A stretch of 64,000 nt of DNA, taken from an uncultured virus (IMG/VR IMGVR_UViG_3300009154_000046) (Duplodnaviria > Heunggongvirae > Uroviricota > Caudoviricetes). The position numbers and the translations under genes are program-made. The notes under the pieces were generated by a model. It worked only from the letters and a program-made list of their open reading frames with translations, made no database searches and was not told the origin of the DNA. The stretch is taken from positions 1 to 64,000 of the IMG/VR virus record IMGVR_UViG_3300009154_000046. One strand, written 5' to 3'. Below, one piece after another: positions 27,955 through 35,554 of the stretch. Position 1 is the first letter of the stretch. Each line of letters starts with the position of its first letter.

Positions 27955-30267
27955 TTAGTCCCTATTACTTTTTTGTAAAAATAGGTCATTCATTGATTTA
28001 GCAACTTGCATTATATTTTCAACATTTACATACTTAGCACTTTTATCATACGATTTTTGGAATGTTCGCCAGTCTTGTGTATTTTCAAAACTAGATTCAC
28101 TTTTTTCAGTAATGAAGTAGGATAACACATTTATACCACTCTCACGCATTTTTTTCACTTGCTTATTTGTATGAAGGGCGGCCGATTCACCACCATAAGT
28201 AATATTATCAGTTTTTGATATGATACTATAACAAGGTTGCCCATCTGAGAAGTTTAAGAAATAAGAGTCAACTGAATTATCAGCCGGTATCAAATACTTT
28301 TGGATTGCTTCAAAACATAAACCTTCCGGTGTTGTATTACTACAATCCAATATAGTCATATACTTAGCGAATTGTTTGAATGAATCTCTACGAGAGTCGT
28401 GTATCAAACAAATATAAGGTAACGATTTACCACCACTACTACTACAATCAGTTGAACGTATTGAAACCTGAACATTTAAGTTACGAGCCATCTCACACGC
28501 CTTAACTATTGCTACTACAGAGGTAATTGTTTTTCTTAACTTGCTACCACCCATTGAGCCCGAATAATCAAGAGATATATGTAGGTTTGCTTTCTTATAC
28601 TGGTCGATTTCGTTTGTATAGAATACACCGTCATTATCATACCCAAGCGAAGCAATCATTCTCTTATCAATTCTACCTTTTTTCAAGCGGCTGAATACCG
28701 TTTCACGACTCTCACTTCTTATTTGTAATTTCTTACCTAACAATTTACCCAATGTTATACCACGATTAACTTCTTCTTCTGCCCATGCTTTAACTACCGC
28801 ATCCTTTCCCCATCCGCTAGTATGTGAGAATGGAAAGTCTTTGGATTGAATTAGATTATTAGTCAACTTTTTAACTACGATACAATCAACACCTTGCGAT
28901 ATTCTACCATAGCCGGTTTCCATACCACTACCTACACGAACCAATTCAGTTTCACTTTCAGCAATATCTTTAAGTTTGTTAGAATCTGCGGTACTCAAAG
29001 TTTTTTTCTTTATGTTACCATTAAGGAAGTCCTTTTGTTTTTGGAATTTCTTACTTAGAATATCTGATACTTTCTTACTTAGTGCATTATCCGATGAGTT
29101 TGATTTCTTACCGTCAGTAGAAGTAGCATCGGCATCCATACCACTACCACCTGCCTCATTATCCATATCACCACTCATACCGTCTGGTGCCTTACCATTA
29201 CCGGCTGTATTTTCCTCAGCTTCATCATTTCCACCATTAGCCCCATTACCCTGCGCCGATTGTGGCATCTGACCTCCGTTTTTATCCATTACATTTGTAA
29301 GGATGATTTCCATAATATCAATCGCTAAATTCAAAGAATCAGTTGAACTATTTAATCGGCCGATATTTTTCAAATCTAATAAACGATAAATGGCTCTCAA
29401 TCCTTTCAATTTTGATAAGTCGGTATTTTCATTCATTAGGTTAATGATACGAAACATATACGAATCTATCGTTTCATCGGTGAAATCATCAGAAGCTATA
29501 CCTTTTGTTACACTCTTATCGTTAAAGTAGTAATCATACATCGAAGTATAGTAATCTCTATAACCAGGAGCCGATTTGAATATATACATATCAATACGTC
29601 TATCCTCAATCCAATTTGTTAAACCACTAATAGTATTAGTAATTTGTTCCGTTAAAATACCCTTACTACCAATCTTACCATTGGAAAGGAATATCTCATT
29701 TAATTGATTACGATACGCCGGATATTGCTTAATAACCTCTAGTATAGAAGCATCTAACGAATATGGAATATTAGGGTATGTTGGTGGTAGGTTATTTTCA
29801 ATGTCCTGAGCGTTTGTATGCTCAAACCTCGAAACATCCCATTTATACGAATCACTACAATTAGACATTGCGTATAATAATTTAAAATCTGATAAGATAA
29901 TATGCGAGCCCTCATGCAATGCCAATCCAACCGATACATCAAAGTTATCGTCAACATCGGCTGATAATATCACTTTCTCACCATCGGTTTTACTATCACT
30001 TTTTGTAGCAAAGGTAACCGGAACCGATTTAGTTGTTACGATTTGTACGAAATTGGCGATTGCTCTACGAACTGATGCCATTTTATATAAATCATTAGAA
30101 CGTTTATACGCATTCAATTCATCGGTATTATATGAACTATACTTATCAAGATATTCATACTTAGTATCATAATCATCATACCAAAATGAAGATACTGATT
30201 TTTTACTGCCTGTATAGCCGGTATTACCACTACTATACTTACTAACGTTTTTACTACTTTTACTCAT
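27955..30267 (-). CDS. VWA-domain protein with N-terminal HExxH metallopeptidase-like domain
   Basis: ALHEGSH, NWIEDRRID, low-complexity linker, DYSGSM MIDAS, TPEG, FSDG. Confidence 0.85.
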   Translation of the reverse strand: MSKSSKNVSKYSSGNTGYTGSKKSVSSFWYDDYDTKYEYLDKYSSYNTDELNAYKRSNDLYKMASVRRAIANFVQIVTTKSVPVTFATKSDSKTDGEKVILSADVDDNFDVSVGLALHEGSHIILSDFKLLYAMSNCSDSYKWDVSRFEHTNAQDIENNLPPTYPNIPYSLDASILEVIKQYPAYRNQLNEIFLSNGKIGSKGILTEQITNTISGLTNWIEDRRIDMYIFKSAPGYRDYYTSMYDYYFNDKSVTKGIASDDFTDETIDSYMFRIINLMNENTDLSKLKGLRAIYRLLDLKNIGRLNSSTDSLNLAIDIMEIILTNVMDKNGGQMPQSAQGNGANGGNDEAEENTAGNGKAPDGMSGDMDNEAGGSGMDADATSTDGKKSNSSDNALSKKVSDILSKKFQKQKDFLNGNIKKKTLSTADSNKLKDIAESETELVRVGSGMETGYGRISQGVDCIVVKKLTNNLIQSKDFPFSHTSGWGKDAVVKAWAEEEVNRGITLGKLLGKKLQIRSESRETVFSRLKKGRIDKRMIASLGYDNDGVFYTNEIDQYKKANLHISLDYSGSMGGSKLRKTITSVVAIVKACEMARNLNVQVSIRSTDCSSSGGKSLPYICLIHDSRRDSFKQFAKYMTILDCSNTTPEGLCFEAIQKYLIPADNSVDSYFLNFSDGQPCYSIISKTDNITYGGESAALHTNKQVKKMRESGINVLSYFITEKSESSFENTQDWRTFQKSYDKSAKYVNVENIMQVAKSMNDLFLQKSNRD

Positions 30268-30313
30268 AATGTGTATTTATTTATATTTTACTTAATAAAA
30301 TTTGAACCATAGA

Positions 30314-30461
30314 GGCATTACTCTGATGCCTTTACTTTGTAAAGATACAACTTATATTTGACATGGCCAAACTGGGAAAGAAGAAGGTTTATTGATAATC
30401 AACCAGTTAGCAAAACCCGTATTTTTAGGTTGCCATAACTGGTTGATTATCAATAAACCTT
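30314..30461 (-). promoter_or_regulatory. promoter plus palindromic element, copy 4
   Basis: TTTG-N20-TATCTTTA; perfect 26-bp inverted repeat 30384-30409 / 30436-30461. Confidence 0.85.
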
Positions 30462-30490
30462 TATTATAGATAATTTAATAAATTACAATT

Positions 30491-30673
30491 TTATAAAATA
30501 AAATCTTCGCTATTATCTAATTTTATGTTATTTGTTGTTGCTTTATTACCTACAACGGTAATTTTTGTTTGTGGATTTGTTTGTTGTGCTTCTAGCAATA
30601 CGTTTTGATTCTCTAATAGCTTCTTAATATCATTCAATAATGAGATTATACTATAACTTTGTTCTGGTGTCAT
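30491..30673 (-). CDS. hypothetical protein
   Basis: short ORF. Confidence 0.55.
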   Translation of the reverse strand: MTPEQSYSIISLLNDIKKLLENQNVLLEAQQTNPQTKITVVGNKATTNNIKLDNSEDFIL

Positions 30674-30678
30674 ATATT

Positions 30679-30876
30679 TTATGCTTTTCTTTCTAATGTA
30701 ATATTTTTACAAAACCTTATTTCTTTATTATTCAATGTCCATATTTCGCCATCATCCATAGCACACGTAAATAATAAGTCATGCTCTTGTGAATAATCTA
30801 TAACAAGAAAAGCATATCCTTCCATTTGGTCGGATATGCGTTTAATTGGTATCATAGGATTCAATTGTATTATCAT
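30679..30876 (-). CDS. conserved phage hypothetical protein
   Basis: QLNPMIP...IDYSQEHDL...GEIW. Confidence 0.7.
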   Translation of the reverse strand: MIIQLNPMIPIKRISDQMEGYAFLVIDYSQEHDLLFTCAMDDGEIWTLNNKEIRFCKNITLERKA

Positions 30877-30896
30877 AATTTTAAGTTATGAGTGGA

Positions 30897-31448
30897 TTAG
30901 TCCCACCAACCACGAAGACCGGAGCCATCAAATTGCTGATTGAAATCTTTTTTCTTACTGAATTTTGAATAATCTTGTCCTTTGAGTATTGTATATAGTT
31001 CAGCCCATTGCTCTTCTTCAATCTCTGAAGATCTTTTAAAGATTGCTCTGTTATGTTCTTTCTCTTCGGGTGTATCATTATCTACCAAAACAGATAAATT
31101 CGGATTATCTTCCGATGGAACAAACTCCATTGAACGCATAACTAACTCACCTAGCTCTGCTTCAGCTTGATCTATGAAATTATCTACCATAAAGTTGTTA
31201 TATAGTTCAGCTGCTCTACGCATCTTTTGGACTTTTTTAAGACGAGATTCTTCAACTTCATATCCATACTTTTCAATTGCATCGGCGATAATAGTAAGAC
31301 CGATATTATTCATTACATAGATGCCATACGGGTCATATGAACGAAACTGCCATAGCCCCTTACGGAAGCGCCATATGTTTTTTAAGAAATTTGGTAGATC
31401 GTATCTAACCATATACAATGCTTTTCTAATTTTGTATTTTATACTCAT
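30897..31448 (-). CDS. conserved phage hypothetical protein
   Basis: ends GSGLRGWWD. Confidence 0.7.
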   Translation of the reverse strand: MSIKYKIRKALYMVRYDLPNFLKNIWRFRKGLWQFRSYDPYGIYVMNNIGLTIIADAIEKYGYEVEESRLKKVQKMRRAAELYNNFMVDNFIDQAEAELGELVMRSMEFVPSEDNPNLSVLVDNDTPEEKEHNRAIFKRSSEIEEEQWAELYTILKGQDYSKFSKKKDFNQQFDGSGLRGWWD

Positions 31449-31453
31449 AATTT

Positions 31454-31933
31454 TTATTTTAAGTCTCCATTTTTAATTGCCAATCGTGTCGTTTTCACTT
31501 CGCTAGAAAGTACTCGGTATGTGTGTTCTATCTTAACCATTACACAACTTTCTTTCAATTCACAACTTTTTAAATAGCCGTTTATGTGGTTCATTATATT
31601 AATAGCTCCTACCGGATTTGCTGAATGACAATATACTTTTGGTAAAGGTATATGATTATCCATAGATAAATTCACAATGTATCTTGCACAATCCAATCCG
31701 GTTTTTTCGGTTATATTGTTATATTCCAAATAACCATTGGTTTTTACATTACGATAATACTCCTGCATTGCTTCTTCACCTAAATCGTGGTCAAGAGATA
31801 TACACTCATAATTTTCCAATCCGTGTAAATTTACATGCTTTACAAATTCATCATAATTCGTAACCACTTCCCATTGATTATCTTTTGGGATACGAACATC
31901 ATCTAAATATAACCATATTTTTCTTTGTATCAT
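31454..31933 (-). CDS. cyclic-phosphate-processing receiver-like domain protein
   Basis: LYLDDVR, ISLDHDLG, TGLDC, HSANPVG motifs. Confidence 0.75.
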   Translation of the reverse strand: MIQRKIWLYLDDVRIPKDNQWEVVTNYDEFVKHVNLHGLENYECISLDHDLGEEAMQEYYRNVKTNGYLEYNNITEKTGLDCARYIVNLSMDNHIPLPKVYCHSANPVGAINIMNHINGYLKSCELKESCVMVKIEHTYRVLSSEVKTTRLAIKNGDLK

Positions 31934-31957
31934 TTTATAGGAGTTTTTTTTTAAAAT

Positions 31958-32338
31958 TACATTATCGTTCTTTGATTATTTTATTTTAATCGTTTAGTAA
32001 TTGTTTTTTGTTTTGTACTTTATCAACTCTGGAGTCCGTATAAGCCATACATTCACGTCTTAAATCTTCCGTATACTTGTCAATATTGTTACGGACATTG
32101 TGTATTTCACTATACATATTTCTCTCAACATCCGATGTCTGTCTATGTATAAGTTCAACTTCACGTCCGACTGTCTGCTCTAAATTTTCTAATTTGTTTG
32201 CTAATCTAATCACCTTTACCATACCTACAACAATTACTACCAACATTGTGATAGCAACCATCGCAAGCATACCAAAAGCAAATGCTAATTGTGTATTCAT
32301 ATTTTGTTTTCTCCTATATATCAAAGAACGATAATGTA
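31958..32338. repeat. perfect 19-bp inverted repeat pair enclosing one ORF
   Basis: tacattatcgttctttgat (31958-31976) / atcaaagaacgataatgta (32320-32338). Confidence 0.9.
31986..32300 (-). CDS. single-TM coiled-coil membrane protein
   Basis: ATG 32300 preceded by AGGAG; hydrophobic N-terminus then heptad-like region. Confidence 0.7.
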   Translation of the reverse strand: MNTQLAFAFGMLAMVAITMLVVIVVGMVKVIRLANKLENLEQTVGREVELIHRQTSDVERNMYSEIHNVRNNIDKYTEDLRRECMAYTDSRVDKVQNKKQLLND

Positions 32339-32341
32339 TAG

Positions 32342-32457
32342 TACAGCAGATAGGATTTGCACCTATATAGTTTAGTTACCTATTTAACTGACCTCCGAAG
32401 AGCCCTACGTCTAACTTACGGATTTATGTCGACATTATCCGTTTCCGCCACTGCTGT
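32342..32457 (-). ncRNA. tRNA-like element A (no anticodon arm)
   Basis: acceptor ACAGCAG/CTGCTGT-A, TGGCGGAA...AGACG D arm with inserted hairpin, T arm ATAGG-TGCAAAT-CCTAT. Confidence 0.7.
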
Positions 32458-32461
32458 ATGT

Positions 32462-32586
32462 TAGGAAAGTAGAAGATGGGCGAGTGGACATCTACTTTTA
32501 TGAACGGCTTTACTTGCTTACACCTCCGATAGAATGTAGATTTTCACTAACTCGTTTTAGCGGTCTATCTTTCCCCGTTCAACCTA
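32462..32586 (-). ncRNA. candidate structured RNA
   Basis: stems TGAACGG/CCGTTCA and AAAGTAGA/TCTACTTT inside an AGG/CCT closure. Confidence 0.5.
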
Positions 32587-32589
32587 TTG

Positions 32590-32672
32590 TAGTCAGGACA
32601 GGATTCGAACCTGCTTGAGGGCTTACGACCTCGGCTATTCTATTTACGACAACACCATACCGCCACCTGACT
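32590..32672 (-). ncRNA. tRNA-like element B (no anticodon stem)
   Basis: acceptor AGTCAGG/CCTGACT-A, T arm GCAGG-TTCGAAT-CCTGT. Confidence 0.7.
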
Positions 32673-32676
32673 ATTT

Positions 32677-32792
32677 TGCAACTTTTAACAGGTCAGTATG
32701 AGTTGCCAACATATCCAGCTTACGATCTGGCTCCATAGTGTGCATCAGTTGAGAGGCGAGGAGGAACTACGACCTTGTGGCCTGCAAGGTAC
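32677..32792 (-). ncRNA. candidate structured RNA 3' of tRNA-Glu
   Basis: hairpins ACCTTG/CAAGGT, CCAG/CTGG, GCAACT/AGTTGC. Confidence 0.45.
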
Positions 32793-32796
32793 ATCG

Positions 32797-32868
32797 TACC
32801 ACCGAGGAGAATCGAACTCCCGTTTGAAGAATGAAAATCTTCCGTCCTAACCGTTAGACGACGGCGGC
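32797..32868 (-). tRNA. tRNA-Glu(TTC)
   Basis: 72-nt cloverleaf; anticodon arm GAAGA-TTTTCAT-TCTTC; CCA not encoded. Confidence 0.92.
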
Positions 32869-32872
32869 ATTG

Positions 32873-33271
32873 TTATAAATTCTCTTTAATGTATTTATGT
32901 ACCTTTGCCATATTCTTATCACACTCATAATCATATCCACCCGTACTAAATAGTTTGCCTTTACCCTCGTACATTCTATACCACAATGCTTGTCTTTCAG
33001 ATTTTTCCAACCTAAACTGGCCTTCAAATCCATAGCACGAACAATGTGAGCCATGCATTTCATATAATTTACCTTTATTATCTTTGAATAAAAAGAATGA
33101 AGTGGAATCACATCCCCACGACCCTACTGATTCGTATGCCACTAAAATTTCTAAATCTTGCAAAGCCTTTGTTATTTCATCAACATCCACACCTTCACCG
33201 GAGTATTTTAATTCCAAATGCTGCTTGATTTGTAATTCAGTCATTGCTTTTAAATCTTCTAATGCTAACAT
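32873..33271 (-). CDS. conserved phage hypothetical protein inside the tRNA island
   Basis: LYEMHGSHCSCYGFEGQF motif. Confidence 0.7.
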   Translation of the reverse strand: MLALEDLKAMTELQIKQHLELKYSGEGVDVDEITKALQDLEILVAYESVGSWGCDSTSFFLFKDNKGKLYEMHGSHCSCYGFEGQFRLEKSERQALWYRMYEGKGKLFSTGGYDYECDKNMAKVHKYIKENL

Positions 33272-33291
33272 AGTATGTAATTTTAAGTAAC

Positions 33292-33324
33292 AAAAAACCC
33301 CAAACTCATGTTCGGGGGGTTCTT
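33292..33324 (-). terminator. intrinsic terminator after tRNA-Gly
   Basis: CCCCGAAC-atga-GTTTGGGG followed by TTTTTT. Confidence 0.75.
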
Positions 33325-33333
33325 CATATTATG

Positions 33334-33404
33334 AGCGGGACCAAAGAATCGAACTTCATCCTGCAGCCTGGAGGGCTGCTGTGCTACCATTACACTAATT
33401 CCGC
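33334..33404 (-). tRNA. tRNA-Gly(TCC), atypical
   Basis: 71-nt cloverleaf; GCAGC-CCTCCAG-GCTGC; C at position 33, one acceptor mismatch, weak T stem. Confidence 0.8.
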
Positions 33405-33409
33405 TTATA

Positions 33410-34270
33410 AACCATGAGATTATTGGTTTGGGTGTACCATCTTTGGAAGGGTTATTGTTTTCCTTCGTATCCACTTCCTTTTGAGAAGTATCAGTACAGT
33501 GTCGGTCCGTAATGCGAACCACTCATAAAGTCATAAACTACTCTCTAACTAATCTGCTTCTTCAAGTCTGCCGACCTGATTAACACTTGCGGCGTTAGAA
33601 GTTTTTCATTAGAATCACAGACCACTTGCGGTGGTATCGTGGCAACGAACAACTCGTTACTATGTAGACACCTTTCGTCTATAACTGGCAAACACTTTTG
33701 CTTTATGATTATTTTTTGAATAAAAAAAAGTTGTTGTGGTTTGTAGATTGATTCAGGTAGCGGTCTGCCACTAGCTCTCTCACCTTTTGAGTCAGAGAAT
33801 ACTAAACTACCCGATGCAATATCCCTATTGCCATATTTTGAGTCATCTTCATACAAATATGTTGGTACATAAAATGTAAGGATAGTAACAGCACCACCTG
33901 TACACAGTCTTATCTAGCGTCCTTTCGGATAGATTGATGTTAAGACCACTCTGATATTGAGTAACGAAATGATACGAAGGGATTAAGTTCGTATTTCTCA
34001 CATATACTCTATGAGTTATTCCTATTGCTCTTCCGAGCTCAATTAGAGTATCTACTTACCCTAATCATTCAAACTTTTCTGTTACAGTGTCACCCTCACA
34101 TACAGAGCTCAAACAGTATCTCACTTGTCTACATGCGTTCCAACCTTACAGGGTTGAAACTGCAGAATGCTTAACCAAACATTCCACTTTATCCTACTTT
34201 CGTAGTTTATCTAAAACCGAGCATAGACACCCGTCGTTAATTGTGTAAGACGAACTTACTATATTAACAA
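33410..34270 (-). ncRNA. large structured ncRNA, GOLLD-like
   Basis: ~860 nt without a credible ORF, many GNRA-capped hairpins, own promoter, ends just before a tRNA; size and context match GOLLD; boundaries approximate. Confidence 0.6.
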
Positions 34271-34303
34271 TATCTTTATAATCAAAGAACTTTCTTTGTT
34301 TAA

Positions 34304-34344
34304 TTAAAGATACGATAAATTTTTCATTCTACCAAATCTTTTTT
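34304..34344 (-). promoter_or_regulatory. repeated promoter, copy 1 of 3
   Basis: TTTG-GTAGAATGAAAAATTTATCG-TATCTTTA; followed by boxA-like GTTCTTTGA at 34282-34290. Confidence 0.85.
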
Positions 34345-34357
34345 AATCTTTTTTTTT

Positions 34358-34472
34358 AAACTGATTAATGATAACCGGCTTTATAGTATCGTTTCACTCT
34401 CAAGATACTAATGTTTATAGAGTCACACATTCGGTTTTATTAGATGTTGGCTTCAACCATTCATCAGTTTGT
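34358..34472 (-). ncRNA. candidate small RNA between tandem promoters
   Basis: ends pair (AAACTGAT/ATCAGTTT, AATGGT/ATCATT); no ORF; starts right after a promoter. Confidence 0.45.
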
Positions 34473-34475
34473 TTG

Positions 34476-34516
34476 TTAAAGATACGATAAATTTTTTAAT
34501 CTACCAAATCTTTTTT
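34476..34516 (-). promoter_or_regulatory. repeated promoter, copy 2 of 3
   Basis: 2 mismatches to copy 1. Confidence 0.85.
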
Positions 34517-34731
34517 TAAATTGTTTTTGTATTCGGTATATCCGTAGTATATGTAGATCCGCCAGCTATTGTTCTATTGCCTGTACCTGTATATGTAAAC
34601 ATTGTAGGCTTTATACCATCCTCAACAATATCATCTAATACCTTCGTAAGTTCATTTTTAACTTTTAAAGGTAACTCATTACTACCAGCTATATAACCTC
34701 TTAACCAATTTGTAAAATCTTTTGATGTCAT
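34516..34731 (-). CDS. hypothetical protein
   Basis: MTSKDFTNWLRGY motif; own promoter. Confidence 0.65.
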   Translation of the reverse strand: MTSKDFTNWLRGYIAGSNELPLKVKNELTKVLDDIVEDGIKPTMFTYTGTGNRTIAGGSTYTTDIPNTKTI

Positions 34732-34752
34732 ACTTATTATTTCTTTGATATA

Positions 34753-34793
34753 TTAAAGATACGATAAATTTTTCATTCTACCAAATCTTTTTT
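34753..34793 (-). promoter_or_regulatory. repeated promoter, copy 3 of 3
   Basis: 41 bp identical to copy 1. Confidence 0.85.
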
Positions 34794-34811
34794 ATTTTTT
34801 TAACTTAATTA

Positions 34812-34850
34812 AGTTTGTCATAGTATATGCTATTATACATATGACAAACT
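34812..34850. terminator. hairpin downstream of tmRNA
   Basis: agtttgtcata / tatgacaaact stem. Confidence 0.6.
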
Positions 34851-34863
34851 CAAAAAAGTTGAC

Positions 34864-35413
34864 GGTGGAGATGACGGGACTCGAACCCGTGTCTTGATAT
34901 GGAATTGCAACACCAACGTCTCACACGCTTAGCTACTCTGTTCTACACAGAAGCAGGAGGTAAATCTAGGGTGGAATGCTTATCACAGCAGCAAACGTAC
35001 TAAACGTTCCCTTGATTAGTAATGGGACTATATTGGTTAAATACAGTAGATCCACCACTTAGTTGATTCGGGTTCAACCAAGAAAACCTTTAGAGATCGC
35101 CTACCAAAGGTAAATGATTAACTCAACCGCCCCGATTACACACATTCTTGACGGGGATCATTCCAACATTGTGACCACTTTACGGTAGTTGGATATGCAC
35201 TTTTGTAACTATTCTGTTCCAAGGTCAGTTACCAACCTGAAGACTACGCTGCTACAGCAAATGACTCGAAAGCCATGTTGATGATAGATGCACCGATTTC
35301 TTGACGAGATGTTTTTTCTGCGTTTATTGTTTTACAAGTATTTAAGGACATTCATGCTTTGTCCGCGTGTGGTGCTACCCTTCTGCATACCAATCAAATG
35401 CCAGGACATCCCC
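34864..35413 (-). ncRNA. ssrA: tmRNA
   Basis: GGGGATG/CATCTCC-A acceptor with G3-U wobble, GGTTCGAGTCC T arm, ATAAAC-GCA resume context, tag AEKTSRQEIGASIINMAFESFAVAA* at 35321-35244. Confidence 0.92.
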
Positions 35414-35425
35414 ATATTATTTCAG

Positions 35426-35554
35426 TAGTCAGTACAGGATTTGAACCTGTATGAGTTTTGCTTGCGCCTACATGACTTTAACTCAAAAAGTTCTCTTCTT
35501 ATTTAATGATGGAAGGTCACCATCGTTTGCGTCTACCAATTCCGCCAACTGACT
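35426..35554 (-). ncRNA. tRNA-like element C (Leu-like frame, expanded centre)
   Basis: acceptor AGTCAGT/ACTGACT-A, D arm GCGGAATTGGTAGACGC, T arm ACAGG-TTCAAAT-CCTGT, ~75-nt non-canonical centre. Confidence 0.75.

Noticed and set aside
32735..32792. HDV-like/theta ribozyme suggested by CCTCCTCGC after tRNA-Glu
   Set aside because: Could not build P1, P3 or P1.1 pairings by eye; kept only as an unassigned structured RNA
19604..33111. Nested minus-strand ORFs 19604-19846, 29754-29957, 30881-31078, 32854-33111
   Set aside because: Out-of-frame overlaps within stronger genes
33283..33856. ORFs 33283-33522 and 33545-33856
   Set aside because: They overlap tRNA-Gly, a terminator and the hairpin-rich large ncRNA; no protein-like features
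34304..34793. Triple 41-bp repeat as a mini-CRISPR
   Set aside because: Intervals are 131 and 236 bp, and the repeat matches the promoter consensus
35426..35554. tRNA-Gly(ACC) or intron-containing tRNA-Leu
   Set aside because: The GATGG/CCATC hairpin is displaced and lacks U33; the insert is too short and lacks group I intron features
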